From Octopus sinensis (Eukaryota), in the NCBI RefSeq assembly GCF_006345805.1, contig NC_043000.1:83266001-83330000 (forward strand): a DNA stretch of 64,000 nucleotides, given 5' to 3'. Below, piece by piece: positions 1 to 16,472 of this stretch. The translations under genes were made by a program, and so were the position numbers. Below the pieces are notes generated by a model, which had not been told where the DNA came from, ran no database searches, and was given only the letters and a program-made list of their open reading frames with translations. How positions within the stretch are numbered: position 1 is the stretch's first letter; the number at the start of each line of letters is the position of its first letter.

Positions 1-204
1 ATAACTTACTGGTTTGACAAGAAAAGAACGATAGAATAAGTACCAGGCTTATCAAAATAAAATAAAAAAAGCACTGGGGGTCGATTCATTCAACAAAAAA
101 TTCTTCAAGGCAGTGTCTCATGTCTTTGCTTACCCACTCAATTGTATCTATCAATCTAGCTTTCTGTGTATATATATATATATATGTATGTATATGTGCA
201 TATA

Positions 205-1830
205 TCTATTATATAAAAGTCAATGTTCGTGTGTTACTTATAGACTCAAAATCTACTGCACCGATCCTAATGAAGTTTGGAACACAAAATCCAAGTCTAG
301 GGAGAAGGGTAATACCGTATGTTTCATATAATATCATGGACCAAAATTACTGAATGAATCCTTATGATATTTGGGACTTAGATTTAATGCATAAGGGCAG
401 GTATAATGCAGTATGCTTGGTTTGAATTTGAGGTGGCTTAAAGGGGCAGAACCCCCCCCCCCCATGAAAATTCATAAATTTCTGATGTTGATGAAATTTC
501 AACCATAGATAATTGACACACATCAAGAAGTATTCCCAAAGTTTCCGCTTCTCATGAGGATTCTAAGACCCCCTAATGGGGGCCTTAACTCCCAGATTTT
601 AGTCATTTTGTATGATCCAAAACTAGATCAAAAGTACTAAATGGATCTTTATGAAATTTGGAAATTATATTCTATGCAGTATATGTTTGAAAGTGAGGGG
701 GAATAAATGAGACCATAAGCTCCATGAAAATTCATATATTTTTGCTGTTGATAGAATATTAACCATAGATATTAGACACAAATGAAGTAATATTCCTAAA
801 ATTTCAACTTCTTAGGAGTTAGTTAGACCCCTTAATGGTAGCTTAACCCCACAATTTAGTCATTTTTTCCTTAGCAAGACAAATATAGTTGTAGTCTTGG
901 AAGCTGTAGAGTCACCTGAGCATACAAGATGAGTGTTATTGGTAATTCAATGGTACAACAGTGTAAGAATTTGCTTTGATATATACTTAGATTGTGATTT
1001 CTGCAAAGTGGTGCATAAATTGTCAACTGTTATTTTGAGTAAAGTTATTTGGTTGCAGACCTCCTTTGAGTCTTTTTATTATCACTGGGTCAGAAATAGT
1101 CCCCAGATGGTAACTTTGATTTCAAAGCCTTTCCAGATAAGTGATTGGTTATTCAAAGAGATTTATAGATTGCAAATTTATTCTGTTCAGTTACCTATTG
1201 GCATAGTGATCATAGGCAAACTCCAGAGGTGACACTTTCATTTCCCCTTAGCCCTCACGTCACACAGATGTTAATGTTTATTTGAGTTGGGTCACACCCT
1301 TCTAATTGCTATAGATCTGTAATGCATCATATGGCTGTGCTGGTCACCTGTATGGTGAGGAATCCTACTTTAAGAAGTAGTAACGACTAGGGTAGAGTAG
1401 CTGACTATTTATTGTGCTCCTTCGTCATTTGGTTTCTTGTAACTTTGCTCTCTTTTACCAACCCGATGAACATTCATATATTTCCAATTTCAAAGAAGTT
1501 TGAATAGATATAAGACACAAGTTAAAAAAGATTGCCAACAATTCAACTTCTCTGGTTGACTTTAAGATTCCCTTAATAAGGGCCTTAATTCCAACGTTTT
1601 AGAGCTCCATGATTTCCATTTTTCAGGTGCAAAAACCTTTGAATAAGTTTTAAAAGATTTGGATTTTGGAATCTGGGTATAAAGATGAGTAGTATGGGAT
1701 AAATATGTCATGATAAGAATTTTCGTTAGGGTGTGTAAAGAGGGAGAGAACTCTCATTAAAATTCTTAATCTCCAATTTTGATGAAATTCGAATCATAGG
1801 TATTCCAGTTCATTGAAGAAAATATAAAAG
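205..1830 (+). mobile_element. Probable non-autonomous Helitron-like element with degenerate internal ~290-bp repeats
   Basis: Starts A|TCTATTATATAAAAG (Helitron-type 5' TC end) followed by CCGATCCTAATGAAGTTTGG. A repeat unit occurs at ~340-610 and ~626-870, with a degenerate copy at ~1470-1600. The 3' end is not resolved. Confidence 0.4.
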
Positions 1831-1877
1831 AAAAGTCTATATATATGTACACATATATATACACATACAAATGCATG

Positions 1878-1910
<33 letters not shown>

Positions 1911-1911
1911 G

Positions 1912-1945
<34 letters not shown>

Positions 1946-1970
1946 ATATTTATGTATATATATACATATA

Positions 1971-2175
1971 TAGAATTTAGAGACTAACTGCTATTTAGTT
2001 ATTCAATCAATACCGAAACGATATTATCTATAATACCCACATTATGTTTGATTTGTTTTGTGATTTTTAGATTAATAATTATTATATAATATATTTAATT
2101 TTCATGTGGGTATTATAGATAATATCGTTTCAGTATTGATTGAATAACTAAATAGCAGTTAGTCTCTAAATTCTA
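1971..2175. repeat. Fold-back inverted repeat (72-bp arms) embedded in (TA)n
   Basis: 1971-2042 is the reverse complement of 2104-2175 with one mismatch (taccgaaacg vs tactgaaacg). Confidence 0.9.
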
Positions 2176-2421
2176 TATATATACATATAATATATTGTGA
2201 ATTTTTGATTTAGTGCACTAAATTGAATTTTTTTCCCTGTTGGCTTAGAATTTTTATATTCCCTAACTATTAATAATATGTATATATACATATATGTATA
2301 TATACATGTATATGTATATATACATATATATAGATGTATATATATATATTATATATATATATATATTATATATATATATATATATACATATATAATGTGT
2401 GTTTATAAATATTTATATATG

Positions 2422-2453
<32 letters not shown>

Positions 2454-2600
2454 ATATAATATAATATATATATATATACATATATATTGTGTATATAAAT
2501 ATTCTATATGTATATAATATAATATATATATACACATATATATGTGTGTATATAAATATTTATATATGTATATCTATATATATATGTGTATATATATATC

Positions 2601-2784
2601 TAAGGCAAGGAAGAAAATGGAGAAGAGATTCAATTGACAAACATCAGCCAGATCTATTTATTACAATCATAGGAATAAATAAATAAATACAATTCTTGTA
2701 TATTATTTATTCCTATGATAGTAATATATAGCTCTTGTTGATGTTTGTCAATTGAATCTCTTCTCCATTTTCTTCCTTACCTTA
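2601..2784. repeat. Fold-back inverted repeat (~80-bp arms) at the head of a Penelope-tail-like insert
   Basis: taaggcaaggaagaaaatggagaagagattcaattgacaaacatca... pairs with ...tgatgtttgtcaattgaatctcttctccattttcttccttacctta. The unit continues to ~3215 and is bounded by (TA)n. Confidence 0.85.
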
Positions 2785-3091
2785 TAAATTCTGGATAAAC
2801 TTTTGTTTACCTCCACTTATACCTATTATTCAATTGCAACAGTTTAATAGACTGGTTTATTAAATCTTTGTATATCTAACGTCTTAGATATACACAGATT
2901 TGATTAACTGGTCTATAAATTAAAACTGACACCATAAAACAGTGACAAGCAAAATCTGTAACAAGTCGTTTTTCCTGATACTGAAGTGAAGTCAGCTTGT
3001 TCTTTGTCTATCTCCTTACCTTCTCGGAGATTTTAGATAAAATTATACTAATGTGTCCATCAGTTTTAATTTGATTAAATTCTATGACTTT

Positions 3092-3179
3092 ATGCTGCTG
3101 AGGATTGCTCTGCATTTAAACTGATCTAATGATTGCATTGTTCAATTAAATGCAGTTGCTTGAAATGATCTTACTGCAT
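3092..3179 (+). ncRNA. Degenerate type I hammerhead ribozyme-like motif
   Basis: atgctg-CTGAGGA-...ctgcatttaa/ttaaatgcag stem...-GAAAT-gatc-TTA-ctgcat. The box order is correct and the loop (GATC) is palindromic, but stem III and stem I carry mismatches. Confidence 0.4.
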
Positions 3180-3219
3180 TACCTCTGGATATCCTTGTAG
3201 ATTATTTTAATATGAAAGA

Positions 3220-6012
<2,793 letters not shown>

Positions 6013-6099
6013 ACAAGGTTGTTTATGGAAGACTAGCAGTGATATCCAAGGGAATATATGTATATGTATTCATGTATGTGTGGTACGTATGTGTATATA

Positions 6100-7665
6100 C
6101 AGTAGCGGCCATAATTTAAGGGTTAGTAAGAACAAGTGTATTGAAATAGTTATTATAGACGATTAACAAAACCTTGAGACTAGATATTTTACACATATTT
6201 AGATATATTTAATATCTATCTTTCATGAAAATTTCAACTGAATGGAATAAATATTTCGTAAGTTTTGAGGAAATGGGCAGATAATCTTCCAAACTGCAAT
6301 GGCCAAAAGTTAAGGGTCACTTAGGAAAACAATAAAAGATGGGACAAGAACAAAAAGAAACCATTGCTATTAATATTTTGTGAACATCCCTCTACTGTCA
6401 ATGACCTCTTGACATCTGTTACTACAGGACTGAATTAATTTCTTGCAAAATGATGGAGTAATATTGTTCCATTTGTTTTCCAATAATTTCCAGAGTTCAT
6501 CATGGTTCTTTGGAATACTCCTTTGTGCCCCATCTCCAATAATCTTCCAAATGTTTTCTATAAGGTTGAGGTCAGAACTTTGTGGTGGCTAGCCCATGAG
6601 ATCAACCCCTTCATTCAAAAAAATCTTTGACTCTCTTCACAGTGTGACAGGGAGTGTTGTCTTGCACGAAGATAGGAGGGTGAACTGACAAGGATCGGAG
6701 ATGAGGAAGGGCATGCTGTCTAAGAATCTGCTTGTAGATTTCAGCATTGGCAGTCCTTTGTAGTCAAATAAGGGGACCAGGACCAGCAGCAGAAATCACT
6801 CCCCATATTTCACTGTCTTCTTCACACATACACGAGATAACCTTTCGCCATTTCATCGTCGAACATACATCTCACCATTGGATCCAATTGCATTAAACTT
6901 CGATTCATTGCTAAAATGAACCTGCGACTACTGTCCTGTCCAAATGACATGTTTGTGAGCAAAATGAAGACGGGCTCTTTGATTCTTCTTGACGATCAGA
7001 GGTTTCTTTGCTGGTGCCCAAGCAAGTAACCTAGAACCTCATAACCTCTGAGAACTTGTTTTGCATGATATGTCGACATTGGAAGTGGAGCTAAACTTGT
7101 GGGATATCTCAGCAACACTCTTAAACCTATTCTTCAGTGATATTCTAATCATAATACGATCCTACTGAGGTCTACCAGTTTTGGGTTTAGTATCTGTCGA
7201 TCCTGATGACTTAAAACAATTTGTTGCACAACACCTCTTGATCTTCCTACAGTAGTTGCTATCACAAAAGTTGACTTTCCCTATTGGTTAAGGCACACAA
7301 TACTTTGCTCTTCATCACGGGCCACCGGTCGTCTCTCACAAGCCGCCATGTTGACAGTTGAATGTCCCAATAATGTAAGATCATAAGAAATAACTGTTAG
7401 CCCATTAACAGTCTACTAAACAACAGTAGTTCATTTTTTTCTAAGTGACACTTAACTTTTGGTCACTGCAATTTGGAAGATTGTTTGCTTATTTCCTCAT
7501 AACTTACGAAATATTTATTCCATTCACTTGAAATTTTCACGAAAGATAGATATTAGATATATCTAAATATGTGGAAAATATCTAGTCTCAACGTGTTGTT
7601 AATCTTCTATAGTAACTATTTCAATACACTTGTTCTTTCTGACCCTTAAATTATGGCCGCTACTG
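6100..7665 (-). mobile_element. Tc1-like (DD34E-type) DNA transposon with long IR/DR-type TIRs and a decayed transposase
   Basis: TA|CAGTAGCGGCCATAATTTAAGGG ... CCCTTAAATTATGGCCGCTACTG|TA, with ~230-bp TIRs (6100-~6330, ~7435-7665) and an inner direct repeat (ggccaaaagttaaggg). The minus strand encodes VHFSNESKFN, IFVQDNTPCHT and SSDLNLIENIW, interrupted by stops and frameshifts. Confidence 0.92.
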
Positions 7666-7774
7666 TATATACACATACATACACACACACACACACACAT
7701 GTATACACACACATACATGAATACATATACATATGTACATACATATGTATATATTGGTATTAATAATAATAATG

Positions 7775-8490
7775 AGTATGGAGACTTGTACATCCACAAA
7801 GTATTTAATAGTTATATGCAGCATATCACAACGCCTTATACGTGTTTCCACTGCAGCGACTACTCACTGTTGCAGATGCGACTTTTCAGTATTGTCAGTG
7901 CAGTTTCATCAGGGTCCATCCATCTGGTCTTCTTCAAGGTCAACTGGCTGAAGTAAAATTTTGTTAGTTGTTCTGTGGGAAGCAGGTGTGTTGTTATTTA
8001 TAGATATGTGCTGTTGACCTTGATTTCACCTTAGTCCTTGTCCAAAGTTGAGGCTTGGTCCTAAAATAGGTCAATACCTAGGTGGTTGTTTTTGTGAGGT
8101 TCCTTGTTCTGCTTGCATTATTTTTGATTCTGAATGCTGTGTTTGTATTGAAGTGTTTTTGGTTGGGTTCATCCATTTTTTGTGTTGGGTATTCATTGAT
8201 TTGATGATGTTTATAACTATTTTTTTATTAAATATTTTTGTTTAATTGCTATTATTTATATTTATATTAGGCTTTAAATTTTGCAGGGGCATTGACTATC
8301 TAGAATCATTTATATTGTTTAGAAGTCTATGTGTGTATGTGTAAACAACTCACTGCTTGTTCTTGTCTTGCATTTATTAATGTGTATTTTGATGTAAATA
8401 GTTGGTAAGCCTCCTCTACACAGAAGCCACTTCTATTTCCCCCTATGCTATAAGGCTTAGCAGTACTAATTAGTTCCCAATCCCCTCCAA
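7775..8490 (-). mobile_element. Penelope-like element 3' fragment (GIY-YIG C-terminus plus 3' region with hammerhead)
   Basis: The minus strand reads DWELISTAKPYSIGGNRSGFCVEE. It is homologous to the copy at 17890-18880; track ORFs 7733..7951 and 18693..19172 are alignable. Confidence 0.75.
7833..7916 (-). ncRNA. Type I hammerhead ribozyme motif (partly degenerate)
   Basis: Minus strand: gacc-CTGATGA-a-actgca...tgcagt-g-GAAAC-acgt-ATA-aggc. Core boxes are intact, but stem III and stem I' are mutated relative to the 18729 copy. Confidence 0.6.
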
Positions 8491-8520
8491 ACTCATTTTA
8501 TATATGTATATATCTTTTTT

Positions 8521-8893
8521 ATTTTTTTACTTGTTTCATTCATTAGATTGTGGCCATGCTGGAACATCACTTTGAAGAATTTTTAGTTGAATATGTCAAC
8601 TCCAGTACTTACTTTTTAAAGCCTGGTATTTATTCTGTCAGTCTATTTTGCTAAACTGCTAAGTTATGAGGATGCAAAATACACCAGCACTGGTTGTCAA
8701 GCAGTGGTGGGCTGACAAATACAGACACAAAGATACACACACATATATACAATGGGCTTCTCTCAGTTTTTGTCTACCAAATCCACACACAGGGCTTTGA
8801 TTGTCCTGAGGCACTTGCCCAAGGCACCATGCAGTGGGACTGAACCCAAAACCATGTGGTTGAGAAGCAAGCTTCTTACTACACAGCCATGCC
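8521..8893 (-). mobile_element. tRNA-derived SINE family A (full length)
   Basis: Head GGCATGGCTGTGTAGTAAGAAGCTTG...GGTTCAGTCCCACTGC (A/B-box-like), then the CCTTGGGCAAGTG block and an A-rich tail. Other copies at ~9945-10170, 10582-10742, 17388-17545, 26410-26620, 27455-27745, 34560-34695, 37755-38090 and 44375-44730. Confidence 0.85.
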
Positions 8894-8955
8894 TAATAAA
8901 AACAAGTTTACATTAATCTGATGGGTTGAGTTTTGTAGAGTATAAATTTATATAT

Positions 8956-8989
<34 letters not shown>

Positions 8990-9094
8990 AATATATATTT
9001 TTTATATTATAATTTTGTTCCTAGCATATATCTAAAACAGAATTAGAAGAAATTTTATAAACAAAGAACAAACAAACTTCACCTCCACAAAACA

Positions 9095-9490
9095 GGTGTG
9101 GCTGTCTAGTAAGAAGTTTGCTTCTCATATGGCTCTGGATTTAGTCCCACTGCATGACACCTTGAGCAAGTATCTTCTACTATAGCTTCGTGCCAACCAA
9201 AGCCTTGTTAGTGGATTTGGTAGATGGAAACTGAAAGAAGCTCATCGTATATATGTATGTGTGCATGTGCATCTTTGTGTCTGTGTTTGGCCCCCACCAT
9301 CGCTTGACAATTGATGTTGGTGTGTTTTCACCCCAATAAGCTAGCTGTTTGGCAAAAGAGACTGATAGAATAAGTACTGGGCTTATAAAGAATAAGTCTT
9401 GGGGTCGATTTCTTCATCTAAAATCCCTTTAAGGTCGTGCTTCAGCATGGCCATAGTCAAAGTGACTGAAACAAATAAAAGTAAAAAAAA
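9095..9490 (+). mobile_element. tRNA-derived SINE family A (full length)
   Basis: ggtgtggctgtctagtaagaagtttgc...ccaaagccttgttagtggatttggtagatggaaactgaaagaagc...gactgaaacaaataaaagtaaaa. Confidence 0.85.
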
Positions 9491-10549
9491 AATAAAGAAA
9501 AAGTACCAATAAAATTGCTTATAGAACAATGAACACCAAGAGAGAAACATATAAATATACAATCTCTGCTCAAAACTTTTGTAAACATCAAAGCACAAGA
9601 GAAATATTTTCCTATACTAACAAAGCCATGACATGCCTTACAGATGTAAGCAGGAAATACCATAAATAAATAAAAACAGGACCAACCTAAACTCACCACC
9701 TATCTACATTGTTTTGTGGGAAAAAATTAACACACCTTATTACTAAATCCTTCAATACTGGACTTTATATATCTTTGACTTGTATATTGCTAAAGCAAAA
9801 GGATGATTAAATACCAAACTCAACAAAAAGACTGTCACACTGCCTGTCTACCTAACAAAAGAGAAACGCCAACAGGCTTGTTTACAAAGTTCTACATGCA
9901 TGAATAAACTTTAAACAATAACATAATCCTGAATTTAATCAACCTCTTTTACTCTTTTACTTGTTTCAGTCATTTGACTGTGGCCATGCTGGAGCACCGC
10001 CTTTAGTCAAGCAAATCGACCCCAGGACTTATTCTTTGTAAGCCTAGTACTTATGCTGTCAGTCTCTTTTGCCGAACCGCTAAGTTACGGGGATGTAAAC
10101 ACACCAGCATCGGTTGTCAAGCGATGTTGCGGGGGGACAAACACAGACACACAAACATATACACACACATACATATATATATATATATAAATTTTTCAAA
10201 AGCACCTTTCCATAAAAACCTAATTACTGCCCCAACCCAAACTTACATGCTCATAGATGATTCTTAACTCCACAGAGACTTTATAAAAGCAAAACTAATT
10301 CCAATGCATCCAATGATGACTTAGCTGGCTGAAACTTCCAAGTCACTGTCAACAACATTCTTGTATAAGAATAATAAGCACACACGTGCATGCACATGCA
10401 TATGTGTAGTTATGTATTTGTTTTGCTAGATTCCTGATGTGAAATCATGTGTTGAAAGAGATATTGTTATATTTTGGGATGGTCATTTAGCAGGAAAAAT
10501 GTCTGTAGCTATTGTAAAGTGGGGCATGGAAGACATGTCGATATGTTCC

Positions 10550-10580
<31 letters not shown>

Positions 10581-10765
10581 ACAGGTTTCTTTCAGTTTCC
10601 ATCTACTAAATCCACTCACAAGGCTTTGGTTGGCCCACAGCTATAGTAGAAGATATTTGCTCACAATGCAAAGCAGTGGGACTGAACTTGAAACCATGTA
10701 GTTGGGAAGTAAGCTTTTTAACCACACAGCCATGCCAGTGCCTCATATAGCTATGTGTGTGTGTA

Positions 10766-11964
10766 TTATCAGATGAATTTGTTTTTTGCTTCTGATTTTA
10801 TTTACATCAACACAAAGAATATTGTTATTGCTGTGTTTTATGATTTTTTTATAGCTCTACTTTTCCTGTACAACTTTTATGTATTGCTTTTGAAATTTGA
10901 ATAAATCTTACCATATGACAATGGTAGAAAAAAAAAATGAGGATTTTTGACATTTGCTTATCTTGCTTTTCAGTCAAGGTTTCAGATCAGCTAAGCTGCT
11001 TGAGACATTTGTCCTGTGTACAGAGAAGGTACTTTTACTGTACAAAAATGATTTTCTGACATGAAGGAGAGGAAATTTCATGTTACAGACTCTTCATTCC
11101 AGCCAATTTGTTAAAGAGGATTGAATGAATGAGCTCATCTACAAGGGTCCAAACTAATCCACAATGGAATTGGCCCTGCAGATAGGATACTCTCATGATA
11201 CCATCACCATCAACATCACCCAATGGATAACATTCAAAAGCTCAGTGCATCTGGATCCAAACTCCCATGTTTCTCTGTTGCTGTCAGTTCATTCACTTAA
11301 CTCCAGGCTGCTCATGGATACAAATGGAGATTTCTTTACTTTATTGTCACCAGCAATGAAAAACAATGTCTGTACATAAATGTGAAGCAGAAGAAAGAAT
11401 AGCTTTGTCCTGACAAGCAAACAACACATTGAGCCAAGCCAGAGCTGCATCCCTGCAAAACTGATCTGCATTTGGTGGGATTAGGCATGGCTAATCTACT
11501 ACAAAATGTTTAAAAACAACTACATGGACAGTGCAGAGTTTTACATTTATCAAATGCACCAGCTCAGCAAGGCAATCCTGCTGAAGCAACACAACTGGTG
11601 ACATGGCTTACTTCTTCAACACAACAGTACTCACCTGCACATTGCTTATTTGATCAAAACTGCTTATTCAAGAGCTCACCAGGGAAGTTCTACTGTACCC
11701 ACTATATTCTCCTAATAAAGCACCTTCAGATTATCACCTTGTTTTGGTTACTTTCCAACAGGTTGTGACATGGAGCTGAAAAATGATTCAATGTATTCTT
11801 CAAGTGAAGACTTGGCAATTTCCATTATTAAGGCATTTACAAGCTAGTGGAACGTTGACAAGAAATTATGAACAATGAAGGAGAATAAATTATTGACTGC
11901 ACTGTTAGAATTGTTGAAAATAAGAATTAAAATAAATGGTAAAAGAAACAATTTTATCTGAGAA
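10766..11964 (+). mobile_element. Heavily decayed mariner-family transposon
   Basis: Imperfect TIRs TA|TTATCAGATGAATTTGTTT ... AAACAATTTTATCTGAGAA|TA. Residual motifs LICIWWD (11461-11481) and APSDYHL (~11720-11740); length ~1.2 kb. Confidence 0.7.
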
Positions 11965-12037
11965 TATATTAATATATATATATACGTGTGTGTGTGTGTG
12001 TGTGTGTGTGTCTGTATGCATATGTGTGTGTGCGTGC

Positions 12038-12085
<48 letters not shown>

Positions 12086-13974
12086 ATGTTCTCTATAGCA
12101 AGACACCTGTTCGCATTCTTCTATCATAGTTTAGCCTCTCAGCACCTGGCATAAAGGCACTGCTCCCTTCTAAATCACTTCTACCTCCACACTTAGCCAG
12201 GGGGCTTTTCTCTTTCCTTTTCTTTTCTGACTTACAATTTACTTAGTGACCTCACTAGTACTGGTGGTACAAAAAAAAAGCACTCAGTACACACAGTAAG
12301 GTGGTTGGTGTTAGGAAGGGCATCCATCCATAGAGAACATACCAAACCTGACACTGGAGCTCAGCACAGCCCTGCAACTTGCCAGATCCTGTCAAACTGT
12401 CCAACAGGTACCAGCATGGAAAACATACTTTAAATGATGATGATGATAATGACAATGATCTGTATAGCTATGTAAATATATATATATATATACACCAAAT
12501 GAAGGAAATAGAAAATGGAATTCATAAGATTCTTTATTAATTACAACCATCATTTTGACCCATCTTGCATCAGTCCTTCATGGATGAGATACTATACAAC
12601 CGGTTGTGGTGCATCCCTCAGTGCAGATATGTCATGTCAGATAACTTTTCAAAAGGTACCTCACTTAATAAACTCGGTTTCGTTTGATTCTATTATATAT
12701 GGTATCTCTACATGTAATTGATAAGTATGTACCAGCTGCCAGGAATGTGTTTAATATGTAAAATTGGTATAACCAATAATGTTATACTGCTTTATTTAGT
12801 GACTATTTAAGCAATGAGTTGGAGGGTGGTTAATGAATTGGGTGTGGTGCTGAAGAAGGAGGAAGAACTCCTGAAATATACATATGCATCCATTACCAAT
12901 TTTTCCATCTTCTTTTGCATTGTTCAGATACGAAATGTTGTAACAAATCAGTGCTGGCTATAATTTCTATAGAAAATTTGTTGAGTTAACCTTAACATGT
13001 GATTTAATAGCACTGCTGACACAATAGGACACACTATTGACTTTTACTGTTTTTAACATACTTTGTAGTATATTCTGCTTGTATAATGAAATAGTATCCC
13101 TAAAAGTAATTAGCATATACTTATATAGTGTCTACAGCATCATGCTTATGCTTCCTTTCCTTACAAAAACTCTCTTTGGCTCCCTTTTCCTCACTGCCCT
13201 CCTCTCCTATAACAAATTTATTTATATACTATTCGTGCTTGTTTTAATTTTGATTTTGTCAACTTACATTAAACAGTTTATGTGATTTTTCCTTGCAGCA
13301 GAAATTCTATCAATGTTTGAAATGTAACAACATTCTGTCCCATACACTTCAGATGTTTATATGATTATTTGCCGCCTGATTCCCACTGCAACATTTCAAA
13401 GACCAATGTATTGTTTTGAAAGTTGACTTTTGTTTGATGATTAGTTACATGACTCTCAGAATAATAGTTTGTAAGGTTTTTCAGCTTCAGCAGAACTAAT
13501 AAATGTATGTACATTCGTATGCATGCACGTACTTACATACATACCTACATATATGTGTGTGTGTGTGTATTTGTTTCAGTATGTGGTGTGTGTGTATACA
13601 CACACACACATAATAGAAGCAGGCAGGCCTGAGTAGAGAAGGCACATCATTCAGAGGTCACAAACAGCAACAAAAGGACTTTGTCAAACCTAGCTGATTG
13701 GTCAGTTGACCAAGCAATTAATCAAACAACTGATTAGTTAATTAATTTAATGTCAAGAAATTGACTAATAACAATAACAATAATAATAATAATAATTATT
13801 ATTATAATAATGATAATAATAGTAATAATAAATGAAGTTGAAGTTGAACCAGCATGTGTGTATTTATTTATTAGCTTTCTTGAGATATAAAAAAATCTGT
13901 TTCAACACACTTCATATCATGAAGTTTGCAAACCAAATACAAAAATATATGTGTATATATAATGTCATATATGT

Positions 13975-14700
13975 GAAGGCACGTGGCTCAATGGTTAAGG
14001 TATTCAGCTTATGATCATAAGATTGTGTGTTTGGTTCCTGGTGGTGCATTGTGTTCTTAAGCAAGACGCTTTATTTCCTGTTGCTTCAGTCCACTCAGCT
14101 GGCAAGAATGAATAGTACCTGTAATTTAAAGGGCCAAACTTGTCACTCTCTGTGTCATGCTGAATTTCCCTCAGAACTACATTGAGGATACTGGCTGTGT
14201 GGTAAGTAGCTTGCTTACGAACAACATGGTTCTGGGTTCAGTCCCACTGCATGGCACCTTGGCCAAGTGGCTTCTACTATGGCCTCAGGCCAACCAAAGC
14301 CTTGTGAGTGGATTTGGGAGATGGAAACTGAAAGAAGCCTGTCGTGTATATATATATATAATATATATATATATAATATATATATATATTTGTGTGTCTG
14401 TGTATGTCCCCCCAACATTGCTTGACACTGATGCTGTTGTGTTTACATCCCTATAACTTAGAGGTTCAGCAAAAAAGACCGATAGAATAAGTACTAGACT
14501 TACAAAGAATAAGTCCTGGGGTTGATTTGCTCGACTAAAAGGCGGTGCTCCAGCATGGCCACAGTCAAATGACTGAAACAAGTAAAAGAGTAAAGAGTGT
14601 CTATGATGTGCGCAGCCATTTGCACAATAATTTCATGAACAGGCTGTTCCATCGATCTAATTAGCTGGAATCCTCATCTCCATGACCAACAAAATGCCAG
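13975..14700 (+). mobile_element. tRNA-SINE family C with a family A SINE nested at ~14191-14597
   Basis: Head GGCACGTGGCTCAATGGTTAAGG...GGTTCCTG. The body is interrupted after gaactacattgaggatac and resumes at tgtctatgatgtgcgcagcc; an uninterrupted version lies at ~44180-44365 (-). Confidence 0.75.
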
Positions 14701-15084
14701 TATATGCATGCATACATTTAAGGAAGGCACATTGGATTATATAGTTCTTGAATGACAATGTCTGAATAACAAGTTGAAAAATCGATGTTGGAATGCCTTT
14801 ATCAATCTACTGGATTGAGCTCCATCTAGAACTAAACAGCTATAACAAATTCTGCTTGTTAAGGGTTAATCTCAGGGTTTTTAACACCAAAATCTACTAC
14901 AACAGCAACAACAACAATTATTACGTCAATATTCTGATGTTCTTTCTGTTCTCCTTTTCAGAATCAGTTGAAATTGAGGATAATTCTACAGTTCATCATT
15001 GCTGATGGTGTTTTTATCATTCTACAAGAATCATCACATTTTCCAATGATCTACATATCTGGGCTTGCTTGAGGGTTATACATC

Positions 15085-15175
15085 ATGAATAAAACCACAA
15101 CATTCCAGCTATCTACACAATCATTAACCACGTTTCACCCACTTACACAGTCATCCAACAATGATGTAATAATAG
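15085..15175 (+). CDS. Novel single-pass membrane protein, coding exon 1 (MNKTTTFQLSTQSLTTFHPLTQSSNNDVII+G)
   Basis: Acceptor ttctgttctccttttcag|14962, in-frame TGA at 15070 upstream of ATG 15085, donor G|gtatat at 15176. 91 nt; phase 1 joins the next exon in frame. Confidence 0.75.
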
Positions 15176-15287
15176 GTATATCTTATATGTTTCACTTTAG
15201 TTCTTGAATTTTTATGCAAATTGAGACACCATCTGTATTAAAATAATCAAGCTATTTATTCATTTTGTCACCACATCTTAATATATA

Positions 15288-16472
15288 TTGGGTCATCCCA
15301 TAAATAATGCATGTTTTTTCAATTACATGAACTAAAAGTCAGAGGGGGACAGGATAAACCAACTGCATGAACTTGCTATAAAAGCAGGTAGTAATTTTAC
15401 CTTGACTTAGTGCAACTTTGGAAGACTGCTTTTCAATTTTAACAGTTATTTTTTCAAATCTATAATGGAAGTGACAAAGGAGCATTTTCAGTATATTTTG
15501 CCAGAAAAATGTGAGGAATATTAATGCAGTATATGGAGATCAGACAATAAGTGTAACCAGTGTCAATGGTGGTTCCAGAAATTCCAAGCCAGAAACTACA
15601 GCCTAGAAGACAAGTCTTGTCCTGGAAGATTTGTAGAACTTGACGAGGACATCCTGCAAACCCTGGTGGAACAAAATCCCATTGTAACAGTTGAGGATCT
15701 AGCAGAGAAACTTGGATTTGGTCATTCAACCATTCATTAACACCTGTGTTCCTCACAAATTTTCCGAGTCTAATCATGCGCAGAGAGTGAACATGTGCTC
15801 TTCTATGTTGTCATGTCTCACAAATGAACCTTTTTTGGACTGAATAGTGACTGGTAATGAGAAATGGGTTCTCTATAAAAATGTCAAGTACCAAAGACAG
15901 TGGGTAAGGAAAGGAGAAACACTGGCACTCAGGCTAAAGAAGGTCTTTACCCCATGTTATCTGTTTGGTGGGATATGAAAGGTTTAGTCCACTTTGAACT
16001 TTTAAACCCAAACCAAACGATAACGAAGGAGATCTACTGTGAGTAGCTTCAGCAGCTTAAGTTAGCACTAGAAGAAAAATTACCATCTTTGGTTTCAAGA
16101 CGAAAGGTGTTCTTCCATCACAATAATGCTCAGCCACATACAGTGAGAATGACACTCCAAAGGCTGGAGCAGTTTGAATGGGAAATGATGCTACACCTAT
16201 TGCCCCATCTGATTACCATTTATTCTGCAGTCTTCAAAATCATTTGGATTGAAAAATATGAATTTTGTAGACAAGGTCAGAACAGAAATGGAGAAGTATT
16301 TTTTATCACAAACAAATGAATTTTGAAAGAGGGTCCTTGCAAGTCTACCAGATAGATGGAAGAGCATTGTAGAAAATGAAGGAAAGAAAATTTTAGATTA
16401 AAAAGAACTTTATTTATTGTAATTTGGAAAAATAAAAGTATAAAAAAAGGCATTATTTATGGAATGACCCAA
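15288..16472 (+). mobile_element. Mariner transposon, decayed, intronic
   Basis: TIRs TA|TTGGGTCATCCCATAAATAATGC ... GCATTATTTATGGAATGACCCAA|TA. Motifs IVTGNEKWVLY, LSVWWD, FHHNNAQPH and APSDYHLF, with stops and frameshifts. Confidence 0.92.

Noticed and set aside
880-1400. Possible degraded LINE RT fragment on the minus strand
   Set aside because: Only vague motif echoes (e.g. LEFAYD); not supportable without a translated search.
10305-10350. Hammerhead-like string atgatgacttagctggctgaaacttccaagtc; similar weak strings at ~12590-12630(-), 32820-32865 and 48567-48612
   Set aside because: Each lacks at least one essential core nucleotide (C3 or the GAAA box) or lacks stem I. They may be decayed copies but were not counted.
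12500-13450. Possible old Penelope remnant on the minus strand (also 9010-10375 on +)
   Set aside because: Only isolated hints (GESG, IAYRT); too decayed to call.
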